Of a stretch of 24,991 bases of DNA, positions 8,205 through 17,055 are shown one piece after another. Below the pieces are notes generated by a model. It ran no database searches and was not told where the DNA came from. It worked only from the letters and a program-made list of their open reading frames with translations. The translations under genes and the position numbers were made by a program. The first letter of the stretch is position 1; each line of letters opens with the position of its first letter. This DNA comes from a virus (taxonomy: Duplodnaviria > Caudoviricetes), in the IMG/VR virus record IMGVR_UViG_3300050153_000007, positions 1 through 24,991 of that record. One strand, written 5' to 3'.

Positions 8205-8259
8205 GGGGTTCTCGCTTTTCCGGGTGGATTTTCAGTGTGCGGGCTGCAGATATGGAAAC

Positions 8260-11200
8260 TTAGTGCTTGTGCATGTCGCCCGTTGTCAGGCCCCGCCACC
8301 AGTCAGCGATGTCCTGCGGGTCCTGGTGCCCTGTCCAGATGTCGGACAGGAACTGCGAGGTGCTACCAACTTGGCCCAAAGGCATGCCCAGGATGTAACC
8401 CGCCTCGGTCATGGCGTGCTTGATGAAGCGGTCGCCATCGGCCTGGCCGTTCACGTCCTTGAGCAAGCGATCGGTGCTGCCCACGATAGAGGCCACAGGA
8501 CTCATTTCGTAGTCCTTGCCGCCAGCGAAGTGGCCCACCACGTCACGCGCCAGAGGAACGCCGCCGAAGGCCGACAGCGCCATCTGCTTGCCGAACCACT
8601 CCAGCCACCCCTCGGGGTTCTGCTCGTCTTCCTTGGGCGGGTGCATCATGTGGTGAACCGCCTGCACACCCAGCGTGTACATGAAGGTGCGCAGCACCAA
8701 GGTGCCGACATCCCCACGGAATCCCGCCCAGTCGCCACTGGTTTGCGCTTCACCATAAGTGCGGGGCAATTCCTTGACCCGCTTTGCCGTGTCCATGATG
8801 CGGTTGATGTTGTGGTTCCAGAACGTGTAGAACATGGTGAACAACTTCTGGAACTCGTTGCCCCGCTGAATGGCCGCCATGTCCTTGACGCCGCCGCCGC
8901 CGTGGGCGTTGCGCACGGTCTTGTCAGCGAAGTAAACCGCATCGCCCTCGCCCATGCCCAGGCCGCCCTTCTCCGGCGCCTCCATGGCTTTGATGTAGGC
9001 GCCCATCCACGTGGGCAAAGCCGAGGCCATGTCCAGCATGGCAATGCCCTGGTAAGCCCGCGAGGTGATCGACAGCTTGGCCCGCTCCAGCGTGCTGGTG
9101 GCGGGGTCCATCAGTTCCAAGTGGATGGCGCGCAACTGCTCACGCACATCACGCTCGGTCTCGGTAGAGCGGTGGCGCATCTCGGCGCTACGCTCGAAGA
9201 TGAAGTCCCGGTTGGCCTCGAACTGGTCGGAGCGGATGAAGTTGCTTAACCCCTTTTGCAGCCACTCGGGGCCGATGGTTGTCATGGCCGCTGCGGTGCG
9301 CTTGTCGAAGATGCCTTGGCCCATGGTCTTGAAACCGGCCTCGGCCACCGACTCGCCAGCAGCGGTGGTGCCGTGCATCACCATTGTCGACACCCGGAAG
9401 CCCAGGCCCACCATGGTGGTGCGCGTGCGGATCTCGTGGGCGACGCGGTCCCACATCTGCAGCTCGCTGGGCTTGACCATGGCATCGTTGGCCAACGACA
9501 GCAGCCAGCCGTTGAAGGTGTCGTAGTGCTCGACCGACAGCGCGCTGCTGATGGCGCGGCGCACATCGGGGTGGCTCAAGAAGCGGTCGGCTTCGATGAT
9601 GGCCTTGCGCGTGGAGATGTCCCGGATCTCGTCCTTCAAGACACGCGGCAGCACGTCGATCGACAGCAACATCGGCTTGGCGTAGTTGTCGTTTCGAGTC
9701 TGCTCGCGCCCTGTGCTGGTATCCGCGCGGGTGTAGATGTTGTCCTCGAACAGCGAGGCCTCGTGCTTGGCGTTGCGCTCCTTGACCGAATGGCTGCGCG
9801 CAGGGTCGTAGGTGATGGGCCAGTACCAGCCAGGCATGCCGCCATGCGCCGTGTCGAAGGGGATGTGCTCGACGGCTTTGGGGCTGGTGTTGCCCAGATC
9901 GCGCATCATCTGCTGCTTCAAAGGGAACAACTCTTGAAAGGTCTCGGCCAGGCCGCGCACGAAATGCCACTCTCCGGGCGCCATGTTCTTGTCGAGGAAG
10001 TCAAGCACCGCTTCGGGATCCCACTTCTCACCCTTGAGCAGCTTGGCAAAATGCCCTGCGTCGCCACGGATGCCAGCCAGCGCGATCTTTTCGCCCCAGG
10101 TCAAGCGCTGCGTCTTGCCTGTCAAGCCGTCAATCACGCCAGGCATCTCCACCGCACCGCGGTTGTTCTTCAGGATCTCGCGCGGCAGGGCCGCCACGTG
10201 CGCCTCCCACGCCTGCGAGATGCGCAGGTCCAAGTCGTTGCGCACCCCCTCCGCGTCGGCGATCTTGCGGAACACCAGGCGGTTGAAAACGCCGTTGGGC
10301 TTGTAGTCGTCAAGCCAGTCGATCATCTGCTCCATCTTGAGCAGCGAGGCTTGCAAGCTGCGGCCGAAGGCTTTGGTGTTGATCCACTTCTCCTCGATGC
10401 GCGACAACCCGCGGTTGGTGTCGGCCGTGCGCTGTGGCAGCTTCTCCAACTGCGCCACCGCTTCGGCGGCCACGTCGGCCAGCAGGCGGGACTCGTTGCC
10501 GTCGGTGACCTTCTGCACTTCACGGCCCAGGTGGTCGAGGGACTTGACAGCGTCGACCAGACCCCGGAAAGCCTCGACGCTCATGTCTTTGTAGTGCATG
10601 CGTTCGGCGTTGGTCAGCATGCTCTCGGGCACGTCCACGCTGAACTTCATGGCGGCCAGCTTCTCGACGAACGCCTCCAGCGAGGCCATGTTCTTGTCTC
10701 GGGCCTGCTCGGGGCTCAGGCTTGAGCGCAGGTCGTAGCGTGCCAACAGGGCGTCGATCTGGTCACGGAAGGCCACGTCGATCTTCTCGCGCACAGTGGG
10801 CTTGGCCAGCTTCTTGAAATACTCCAGGCCCTTCTTCACGTCGGCGATAGCCTCGGTGGATGACTTGACCAACTGGTTGTTGAGCAGGCTGGAGCGCTGC
10901 GCTTGCACTGCCCCGGCGGGGTCTTTGGCAACGAGCTTGAGCACTGCCTTGTTGGCCTTGGCTTCCGCCGCTTCGTACTGGCGGGGGTTGAGGTCGCGCA
11001 CCTTCTTTGCGGCCACCGCGCCATCGGCCGCTTCGCGTGCGCCGCGCAGCAGTTCACGAGCGTGGATCGGCGACTTGGTCAGCACCTTCAGGCCGGTGGC
11101 GATGAACCGCGCGCGGGCCTCGTTGTGGATAGCGTCGTTGGCAGCACGCTCGATGTCAGCGGGGTTGGACAGCTCGCCATGTTCTTCAAGCATGCGGCGG

Positions 11201-14200
11201 TCTGTCAAGGCGTCGACCAACTCCTTCTTGGGTTCGGACTCCATGATGCTGCGCAGCATCTCTTCGCCGGAGGGGAAGCCATGCACCTCGGCCACCTGGT
11301 CGAAGTCGATGTCGGGCTTGGACAGCACGGGCCGCAGGTTCTCGCGGTCCCACTCGATCATGTGGCGCTCGACGTTGTTGTCGATCTCGCGCTTGGCTTT
11401 GGCCAGTGCCTGGCCTTTTTCCAAGCCGGTCTTGTCGCCCGCTGCGCGCTCCCTCTCGGCAGAACGCACGCGGGCCTCTTCGACACGCCGACTGTCCATC
11501 CAGTCGTCAATCGCCGTGCGGGCCTTCTCCGGTGCGGGGTTGGCTTCGACCCAGTCTGCGCGCTGGTCCTTGGGCTGCTTGTCGCGCTGCTCGCGCCACG
11601 TCGCCATGGCCGCCTTGTATTCGCGGTTGGGTGCAGTGAGGTCATCCAGGTATGCCTTGGCCTGGTAGACAGGCATGGCGTCGACCTGCTCTTGCACTTG
11701 GTCCTGCACATCGCGGCGCGCCGCCTTGGCCTGAGCTTGCGATGCGCGCAGGGCCTTGCTCTTGGCGCCGCTAACCCACTTCATATCCCGCAAAGACTTG
11801 GCCTGCATGTCGTCGACAGCTTGTTCAGTGGCCGTGCGGCCGAGGGTCTGGTAGTCGTCCCACTCTTGGGGCGTCATGCTGTCAGGCTTGTCCTTGAACA
11901 ACGGCTCGAACACACGGGACGATTCGGCTTGCGCGATGGCGTCTTCACTGGCCAGCATGCGGTCGAACACGCCGCGCACCTCGGGGGTGAGGCTGACGTT
12001 CAGGCCCTGCAGCGACTTGTAAATGTCGACCATCCACGAGCGGATGCGACGGAAGAAGGGGACCAGCTCTTGGCTCGGGGCCTTACCCTCCATGAGGTAC
12101 GCCTCGAAGCCACGTGCAAACTGCTCGTGGTGCGGGCGCTGCTCGTCGATGGACATGGCGTTCCACTTGTCCAGGGACTCGACACCAAACCACTTGAGCA
12201 CGTGCTCCATGTCGGCCTTGATCTCGGCCGGTGCGCCTTCGACCGTTGCGATCTTGGCGTAGGTGTCCAGCGCCCAGTGGCCGGTCTCGTGCAAGTAGGT
12301 CGACAGGTTGGCGTCCTTCAGCAGCGCGATGGTCTGGGTGCTTGGGCTGTAGGTGCCGCGTGCTTCTTGGTAGAAGGAGTATTCGTGGGCCAGCACACCG
12401 CCTATGGTGGTGTCTAGCTCCTCGTTCACATCGGCATTGCGCAGTTTCCACAACGCGCTGGCGAAAGTGTCCCGCGCGTATCCATCGTCGGGGGCGATGT
12501 TTATGTTGGCGTCGCCAAAGCTTACCCCTCTGTTCACGTTCGAGTGATCTGAAACTCTCACGTTCAACGACACTTCGCGTTTGTACCCGTCGGGGGTTTC
12601 CCCAAGGGTCTTGAACACTCGAAAGTATTTTGAGCCAACGCCGGATACTTCATACCCCTCTGCTTGCGCCATCGCGGCGAAGGCGTGCGACTTTGCCGAG
12701 ATATCGGCGGACTCGTCGATGTCGCCCCCGCCACCATTCGCCGTGAACTCCGCTTCGACTACACGAGCCAACTCAGGTCCAAGCGCTTGCTCAGGGGCGC
12801 CGCGTGCTGACTGGGCCAGCATGTTGGGGTTGGTGGGGTCGAACTTGCCGAAGTTCTGCACCGACTTGAACTGCTCGGGCTCGAAGGCCACGTAGACCGT
12901 GGCAGGGTCGAAGGGGTTTGTGGCGCCGCCGCCGTCGTCAAGCACCTCGTGGATGACAGCGCCATCACGCCCTTTGGACTTGCGGGCCTCCGAAACCACA
13001 CCAGGTGTGGACTCGAAGTGGTCCTCCGCCGCGTTGACTTCGGAGTCGGGGTGCCGCGCGGCAAGCGCTTCCGCGTCCTCTCGGGTCTCAAAAAAGCCCT
13101 TGCCGTCTTCGGTGTAGAGCCGCTCGCCGTCGGCGCTGTCGACTTGGTACTTGCCTGCGCGCTGGCCGTCCCAGTTCGCACCCTCAAAGTACGATTCAAG
13201 CGGGTTGCGCAGGTTCAAGAAACCGGCATACACATTGCCTCCGCCCCCGCCGACGAGGTCGATCTCTCGCGCACGCCCCTTGCGCACGTAGCTTGCTGCG
13301 GTGGCCCAGTCGGGGGATGTGAAGATGCCTTCGTTTCTCCACCCACCGGAGGGGGCGTTGAACTCCTCAAACCCCGCCTTGTCGGTGCCGTGGTAGACCA
13401 CGAGTGGCTCGCCGTTTTCGTCAACGACCTTCGAGACATCGCTGGCCGCCCAGATGTTCCCCTCACCGGCGGCGTACTTCTCCCAGTCGCCGAACCAGCC
13501 TTTGAACTCGGGAGTGCGCACCATCGCATGGTGCGCGGGGGACAGCTTGCTGGGCTTGCCGTTGGGCGCGAGAGGCTCGCCCTGGCGGAACACCTCGGCC
13601 GCTTCCATCTGGTTGGCCTCGTTCAGGGCCCACCCCTCGCGGCTCAGCTCACCCAGCGCTTCGGAGGTGGCCTTGCCGCTGGCCATCAGCTCGTTGGTCT
13701 TGGCGTCGATTTCGGCCAGCAGGGCATCGCGCTCTTCGCGCGTGGTGGTGCGCATCAGCTCGTCGGCGCGTGCGTTCAGCTTCTCGTTCGATGCCGACTG
13801 CGCGAAGCTGCCCTGCTCGGGCATGTCTCCAGCACGCCCTTCGGTCCAAGTCCACTCAGGCATGAGGCCGGTCTTCTGGTCGGCGAAGACAGTGTCCTCG
13901 ACCTTGGCCGCGCGGTTGGCCTCGCCATGCGGGCCGTAGTTCAGCCAGCTGTTCTGGCCACGGGTCTCGGTGGTGATGGCGCCCAGGGCCGAGCCGGTGA
14001 ACAGACGCGAGTGCGCCTGCCATGCGTTCTCCTCGCCCTCGGCGCGAAAGCCGGCGCCCTCCAGGCCATGGCCGAAGGCGTCGTGCACCGCGCGGAACAG
14101 GTCATTGGCCAGCACAGGCACCAGGGGGCCATCGGGCCCGCCCATGGGCCAGCGCAGGCCCGTGTCTGCCAGCAGCGGGTTGGCCTTGGGGTCGAAGTCC

Positions 14201-17055
14201 TCCTTCGTGCCAAAGCCTTCAGCCGTTGGGAAGACGCCCATCTCCTTGTTGGCGCGGATGTCGCGCATGGCGTTCCAAGGCGTCGAGGCGTACCCGGCGT
14301 TGTCGGCCTTACTCAGGTCGATGAACCAGAACTTGTAACCGGCTTTGTCCAGTGCTTTGTACTGCTCGGTCGTCTGCTTGATCAGGTTCTCGTATGCCTC
14401 CTTGACCACCGGGTCTTGAGGATCATGGGGCATGGCCTCGTAGGCGTCCGCGATGCGCTTGGCGCGGTCAGGGTCTACTCGGACATATCCTGACTGTCGC
14501 TTGAGGGCGATGCCGTTGTCGCTGGCGTACTGCTCTGCGACTCCGACAAGGCTCGGGTCTGGGCCATGAAAGCCTTTGACTGCTGGAGCGCCTTCAAGCG
14601 GCGCAAGTTTCCGGCCAGCTTGCCGTCCGCTTCCGTCTCCGGCTGCTCCGCCTTGGGCTGTGGTGCTCGCTTCTTGGCCATCTGTGGCTCCTTGGGTTGG
14701 TTGCTTCTTGCGGGCCTGCAGTTCACGGCCCTCGATGCGCAGGTCGTAGTCTTCCCATGACGGGCTGGCCTGCATGCGCTCCAGCTTGGCCTGCAGCATG
14801 GCGGGCTCGCCGCTGCTCTGCACGTCCCACTTCACCTCGCCTTGGGGCAGGGCGGGCGGGCGCTCGCCGCCGTCGATGCGCGACTTGGCGCCAAGCAGTT
14901 CGGCCTTGAGCGACTGGGGCCCGAGCATGATGACCTGGCCTTGCGAGGCCCCGCCCATGCGGCTGAGGTATCCCGAGTAGCCAGCGTCCAGCAGCTTGCT
15001 CTCGAAGTCACGGGCGTTGGCCGAGCGTAGCTTCAGGGGGTCGAGGTCGCTGTCGTAGACATTGGAGAGCTTGACACGGTGCCCCCGGCCGCCCACGCCG
15101 CTCTCAGGCAGGATGCCCTTGCCGGTGTCGACGTAGAACGACAGGCGCTTTTGCACGCGCTTGTCGGGGTGGTTCATGATGTCGTCGCGGGCGCTGCCCT
15201 TCAGGCCGGAGCCGAAGTGGTCAGAGCTCAGGGTCTCGCGGTCGGCCTTGCTGAAGTGGTAGCCGTCGACCGTGATGGCGCCGGGGCGGGCCTGGTCAAG
15301 CTCGGCGCCCTTTTGCCCCACGTCGGCCAGCTTGGCCCCGTACTTGGCGAAGGCCTCCTCGGGCGTGACGCCCTCGCGTGCCGCGATGCGCGACAGGATG
15401 GCGCCCTGCACTGTGGCGTTGATGCGGTTGACCTCGGAAGGGAAGCGCCCCAGAGTGTCGAGTTGACCGTGGATCTGGTCGACCACCGCCTCTTGCGAGG
15501 TGCGGAAAGCATCGCGCTCGCCCTTGTCGGACACCATCTTTGCGGCAGCCTCTTTCATCTGCTCGGCCTGCTGCTGCTGGAACTCACGAGCTTCAGCGTA
15601 GGTTTTGCCCCCGGGATCTGTCTTGAGATGCTGCAGCAGCACGTCGCCCAGCGCCGGGTTGATCTTCGTGAAGAAGTCTGCGGTGGGGATCTTCACGTAG
15701 CCGTCGGTGTGCAAGGCCTCCGTCATCTGGCCCGCCACCTCGGGCATCTTGTTGACCAGGTCGGCCGCCTTCACACCGGCCGAGTCGAGAGCGTCGGCGA
15801 AGGTGCGACCATCGACATACACGTGCGACAGGTGACCATCTTCGGTGACGGCCTGCAGGTACTGACGCATGCCCTCCGGGTCGTTGGCCATGAGCTTCGT
15901 GGCATGTGCCACCTGGCCGATGGCCGACAGCGTGCCGAAGTCTCGCTCGGCAGCGTCGGAATGCGCGGTTTCGTTGACCAGGGCGCGGGGAGAGCCAGCA
16001 CCGTGCAGGGAGAAGAAGCCGTTCATCACGGTGTTGAAAAGCACGTCGGCCTTCTCAGCGTCGCTCTTGCCGCCCCAGTCTGCGAACTCAGACAGAGGGA
16101 TCTCGCCGTTGGCTGCGGAGGTGCCCACGGTGTTGGCCGCAAAGCGCCCCAGGAACGAGGCCACGCCTGGCCCGGGGATGGCGTGAGCCACCGCGCCAAA
16201 CACCGCGCCCGTGGCCGTGCCGCTGGCGACGGCCTGGGCCTCCTTCTTGGCGCCGGTGGCGAGGTCGGGGGAGTTGATGGCTTCGCCGACATTGGAGATG
16301 CCTGTGGCCGTGCCGAGGGTCAGGGCGCCCTTGGCGGTGGCGCGCACGCCAGCCTTCAGCGCGGTGTCTGCGGCGGTGCGCTCCAGTGCCTTGATGCCCA
16401 GCCCACCCACCAGCTTCTCGGCGCCCACCACAGGCAGGCCCAGAATGAAGCCGCCTAGGCGCCCGGCAGCGCCCGCGGCCTGGCCCGCGAACGTGTCGGC
16501 GGGGCCTGCCACGTCGGGGACGGCCCCAGCAGTGAACTCGTGGGTGAACTTGCTGATGGCCTGCTGCACGGGGCTGCGGGCCGTGAGCATAGGCATGCCT
16601 TGGGCCAGCGTGTTCTGGGCGATGGCGCGTTGGCGCGCGGTGACGCCGAACACGTTGTTGAGCCAATCGTGGGCGCGCTCGCCCAACGATGGGTTCCAGG
16701 GGGCGGCCACCGCCTGCTCAATGGACGACAGCGCAGGGATGTCCTCGTGCATGGCGTTGGCGTTGTTCTGGTCTGTCAAGAAGCGGGACAGCACAGGCGC
16801 CTTCTGCACCAGGCCGGGAGCGTCAAGCTGCTGAACCTTGACCTGACGCCGCACGTCATCAGGGAAGGCCGCGGCCGACTCGGCGGGAATCTTGAGGAAG
16901 CGGGCCGCGACGTTGGCCTTGGCCGCTGCGTCGGGGTTGACCGTTGCCGCGTTGTGCACACTGTTGGCCACTTGCGGCGCCAGTTGTTGCTCGCGCATTT
17001 TGCGCGATGCTTCCGCCCAGGCGTCCGCGCCGGTGATGTCGTCAGTGCTTGCCAT
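8260..17055 (-). CDS. Giant internal virion / large polyvalent protein, 2931 aa, with ART-like and zincin-like modules
   Basis: Occupies the T7 gp16-equivalent position after two internal virion genes. Contains VVDENGEPLVVYHGT (ART-PolyVal-like), STYLHETGH...EQFARGFE (HExxH zincin), FRAVHDAFGH and a long helical C-terminal core. Confidence 0.9.
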   Translation of the reverse strand: MASTDDITGADAWAEASRKMREQQLAPQVANSVHNAATVNPDAAAKANVAARFLKIPAESAAAFPDDVRRQVKVQQLDAPGLVQKAPVLSRFLTDQNNANAMHEDIPALSSIEQAVAAPWNPSLGERAHDWLNNVFGVTARQRAIAQNTLAQGMPMLTARSPVQQAISKFTHEFTAGAVPDVAGPADTFAGQAAGAAGRLGGFILGLPVVGAEKLVGGLGIKALERTAADTALKAGVRATAKGALTLGTATGISNVGEAINSPDLATGAKKEAQAVASGTATGAVFGAVAHAIPGPGVASFLGRFAANTVGTSAANGEIPLSEFADWGGKSDAEKADVLFNTVMNGFFSLHGAGSPRALVNETAHSDAAERDFGTLSAIGQVAHATKLMANDPEGMRQYLQAVTEDGHLSHVYVDGRTFADALDSAGVKAADLVNKMPEVAGQMTEALHTDGYVKIPTADFFTKINPALGDVLLQHLKTDPGGKTYAEAREFQQQQAEQMKEAAAKMVSDKGERDAFRTSQEAVVDQIHGQLDTLGRFPSEVNRINATVQGAILSRIAAREGVTPEEAFAKYGAKLADVGQKGAELDQARPGAITVDGYHFSKADRETLSSDHFGSGLKGSARDDIMNHPDKRVQKRLSFYVDTGKGILPESGVGGRGHRVKLSNVYDSDLDPLKLRSANARDFESKLLDAGYSGYLSRMGGASQGQVIMLGPQSLKAELLGAKSRIDGGERPPALPQGEVKWDVQSSGEPAMLQAKLERMQASPSWEDYDLRIEGRELQARKKQPTQGATDGQEASTTAQGGAAGDGSGRQAGRKLAPLEGAPAVKGFHGPDPSLVGVAEQYASDNGIALKRQSGYVRVDPDRAKRIADAYEAMPHDPQDPVVKEAYENLIKQTTEQYKALDKAGYKFWFIDLSKADNAGYASTPWNAMRDIRANKEMGVFPTAEGFGTKEDFDPKANPLLADTGLRWPMGGPDGPLVPVLANDLFRAVHDAFGHGLEGAGFRAEGEENAWQAHSRLFTGSALGAITTETRGQNSWLNYGPHGEANRAAKVEDTVFADQKTGLMPEWTWTEGRAGDMPEQGSFAQSASNEKLNARADELMRTTTREERDALLAEIDAKTNELMASGKATSEALGELSREGWALNEANQMEAAEVFRQGEPLAPNGKPSKLSPAHHAMVRTPEFKGWFGDWEKYAAGEGNIWAASDVSKVVDENGEPLVVYHGTDKAGFEEFNAPSGGWRNEGIFTSPDWATAASYVRKGRAREIDLVGGGGGNVYAGFLNLRNPLESYFEGANWDGQRAGKYQVDSADGERLYTEDGKGFFETREDAEALAARHPDSEVNAAEDHFESTPGVVSEARKSKGRDGAVIHEVLDDGGGATNPFDPATVYVAFEPEQFKSVQNFGKFDPTNPNMLAQSARGAPEQALGPELARVVEAEFTANGGGGDIDESADISAKSHAFAAMAQAEGYEVSGVGSKYFRVFKTLGETPDGYKREVSLNVRVSDHSNVNRGVSFGDANINIAPDDGYARDTFASALWKLRNADVNEELDTTIGGVLAHEYSFYQEARGTYSPSTQTIALLKDANLSTYLHETGHWALDTYAKIATVEGAPAEIKADMEHVLKWFGVESLDKWNAMSIDEQRPHHEQFARGFEAYLMEGKAPSQELVPFFRRIRSWMVDIYKSLQGLNVSLTPEVRGVFDRMLASEDAIAQAESSRVFEPLFKDKPDSMTPQEWDDYQTLGRTATEQAVDDMQAKSLRDMKWVSGAKSKALRASQAQAKAARRDVQDQVQEQVDAMPVYQAKAYLDDLTAPNREYKAAMATWREQRDKQPKDQRADWVEANPAPEKARTAIDDWMDSRRVEEARVRSAERERAAGDKTGLEKGQALAKAKREIDNNVERHMIEWDRENLRPVLSKPDIDFDQVAEVHGFPSGEEMLRSIMESEPKKELVDALTDRRMLEEHGELSNPADIERAANDAIHNEARARFIATGLKVLTKSPIHARELLRGAREAADGAVAAKKVRDLNPRQYEAAEAKANKAVLKLVAKDPAGAVQAQRSSLLNNQLVKSSTEAIADVKKGLEYFKKLAKPTVREKIDVAFRDQIDALLARYDLRSSLSPEQARDKNMASLEAFVEKLAAMKFSVDVPESMLTNAERMHYKDMSVEAFRGLVDAVKSLDHLGREVQKVTDGNESRLLADVAAEAVAQLEKLPQRTADTNRGLSRIEEKWINTKAFGRSLQASLLKMEQMIDWLDDYKPNGVFNRLVFRKIADAEGVRNDLDLRISQAWEAHVAALPREILKNNRGAVEMPGVIDGLTGKTQRLTWGEKIALAGIRGDAGHFAKLLKGEKWDPEAVLDFLDKNMAPGEWHFVRGLAETFQELFPLKQQMMRDLGNTSPKAVEHIPFDTAHGGMPGWYWPITYDPARSHSVKERNAKHEASLFEDNIYTRADTSTGREQTRNDNYAKPMLLSIDVLPRVLKDEIRDISTRKAIIEADRFLSHPDVRRAISSALSVEHYDTFNGWLLSLANDAMVKPSELQMWDRVAHEIRTRTTMVGLGFRVSTMVMHGTTAAGESVAEAGFKTMGQGIFDKRTAAAMTTIGPEWLQKGLSNFIRSDQFEANRDFIFERSAEMRHRSTETERDVREQLRAIHLELMDPATSTLERAKLSITSRAYQGIAMLDMASALPTWMGAYIKAMEAPEKGGLGMGEGDAVYFADKTVRNAHGGGGVKDMAAIQRGNEFQKLFTMFYTFWNHNINRIMDTAKRVKELPRTYGEAQTSGDWAGFRGDVGTLVLRTFMYTLGVQAVHHMMHPPKEDEQNPEGWLEWFGKQMALSAFGGVPLARDVVGHFAGGKDYEMSPVASIVGSTDRLLKDVNGQADGDRFIKHAMTEAGYILGMPLGQVGSTSQFLSDIWTGHQDPQDIADWWRGLTTGDMHKH
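14475..14681 (-). CDS. Candidate overprinted gene (68 aa, MAKKRAPQPKAEQ...) nested in the +1 frame of the giant protein
   Basis: AAGGAG SD 6 nt before the ATG at 14681. Over its first 49 codons GC3 is 41/49 in this frame but only 23/49 in the host frame (hand count). Confidence 0.55.
   Translation of the reverse strand: MAKKRAPQPKAEQPETEADGKLAGNLRRLKALQQSKAFMAQTRALSESQSSTPATTASPSSDSQDMSE

Noticed and set aside
7071-8259. BPP-1-type diversity-generating retroelement at the fibre gene
   Set aside because: No reverse transcriptase, Avd or TR/VR repeat pair is visible in the window.
8205-8259. Possible late promoter upstream of the tail fibre
   Set aside because: Short intergenic gap, but no convincing sigma70 elements or second copy of a motif in the window.
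12196-12207. Palindrome GAGCACGTGCTC sharing the core of the 1306 palindrome
   Set aside because: It lies within coding sequence, lacks the TTA/TAA ends and has no promoter context; probably chance.
12759-13199. 146-aa alternate-frame ORF within the ART module
   Set aside because: TTG start with no SD and Ser/Thr/Pro/Arg-rich shadow composition, unlike the 14681 candidate.
7993-16458. Long + strand ORFs (418, 489, 504, 514, 459 aa) opposite the giant gene
   Set aside because: Antisense shadows typical of high-GC coding DNA; no motifs or SD.
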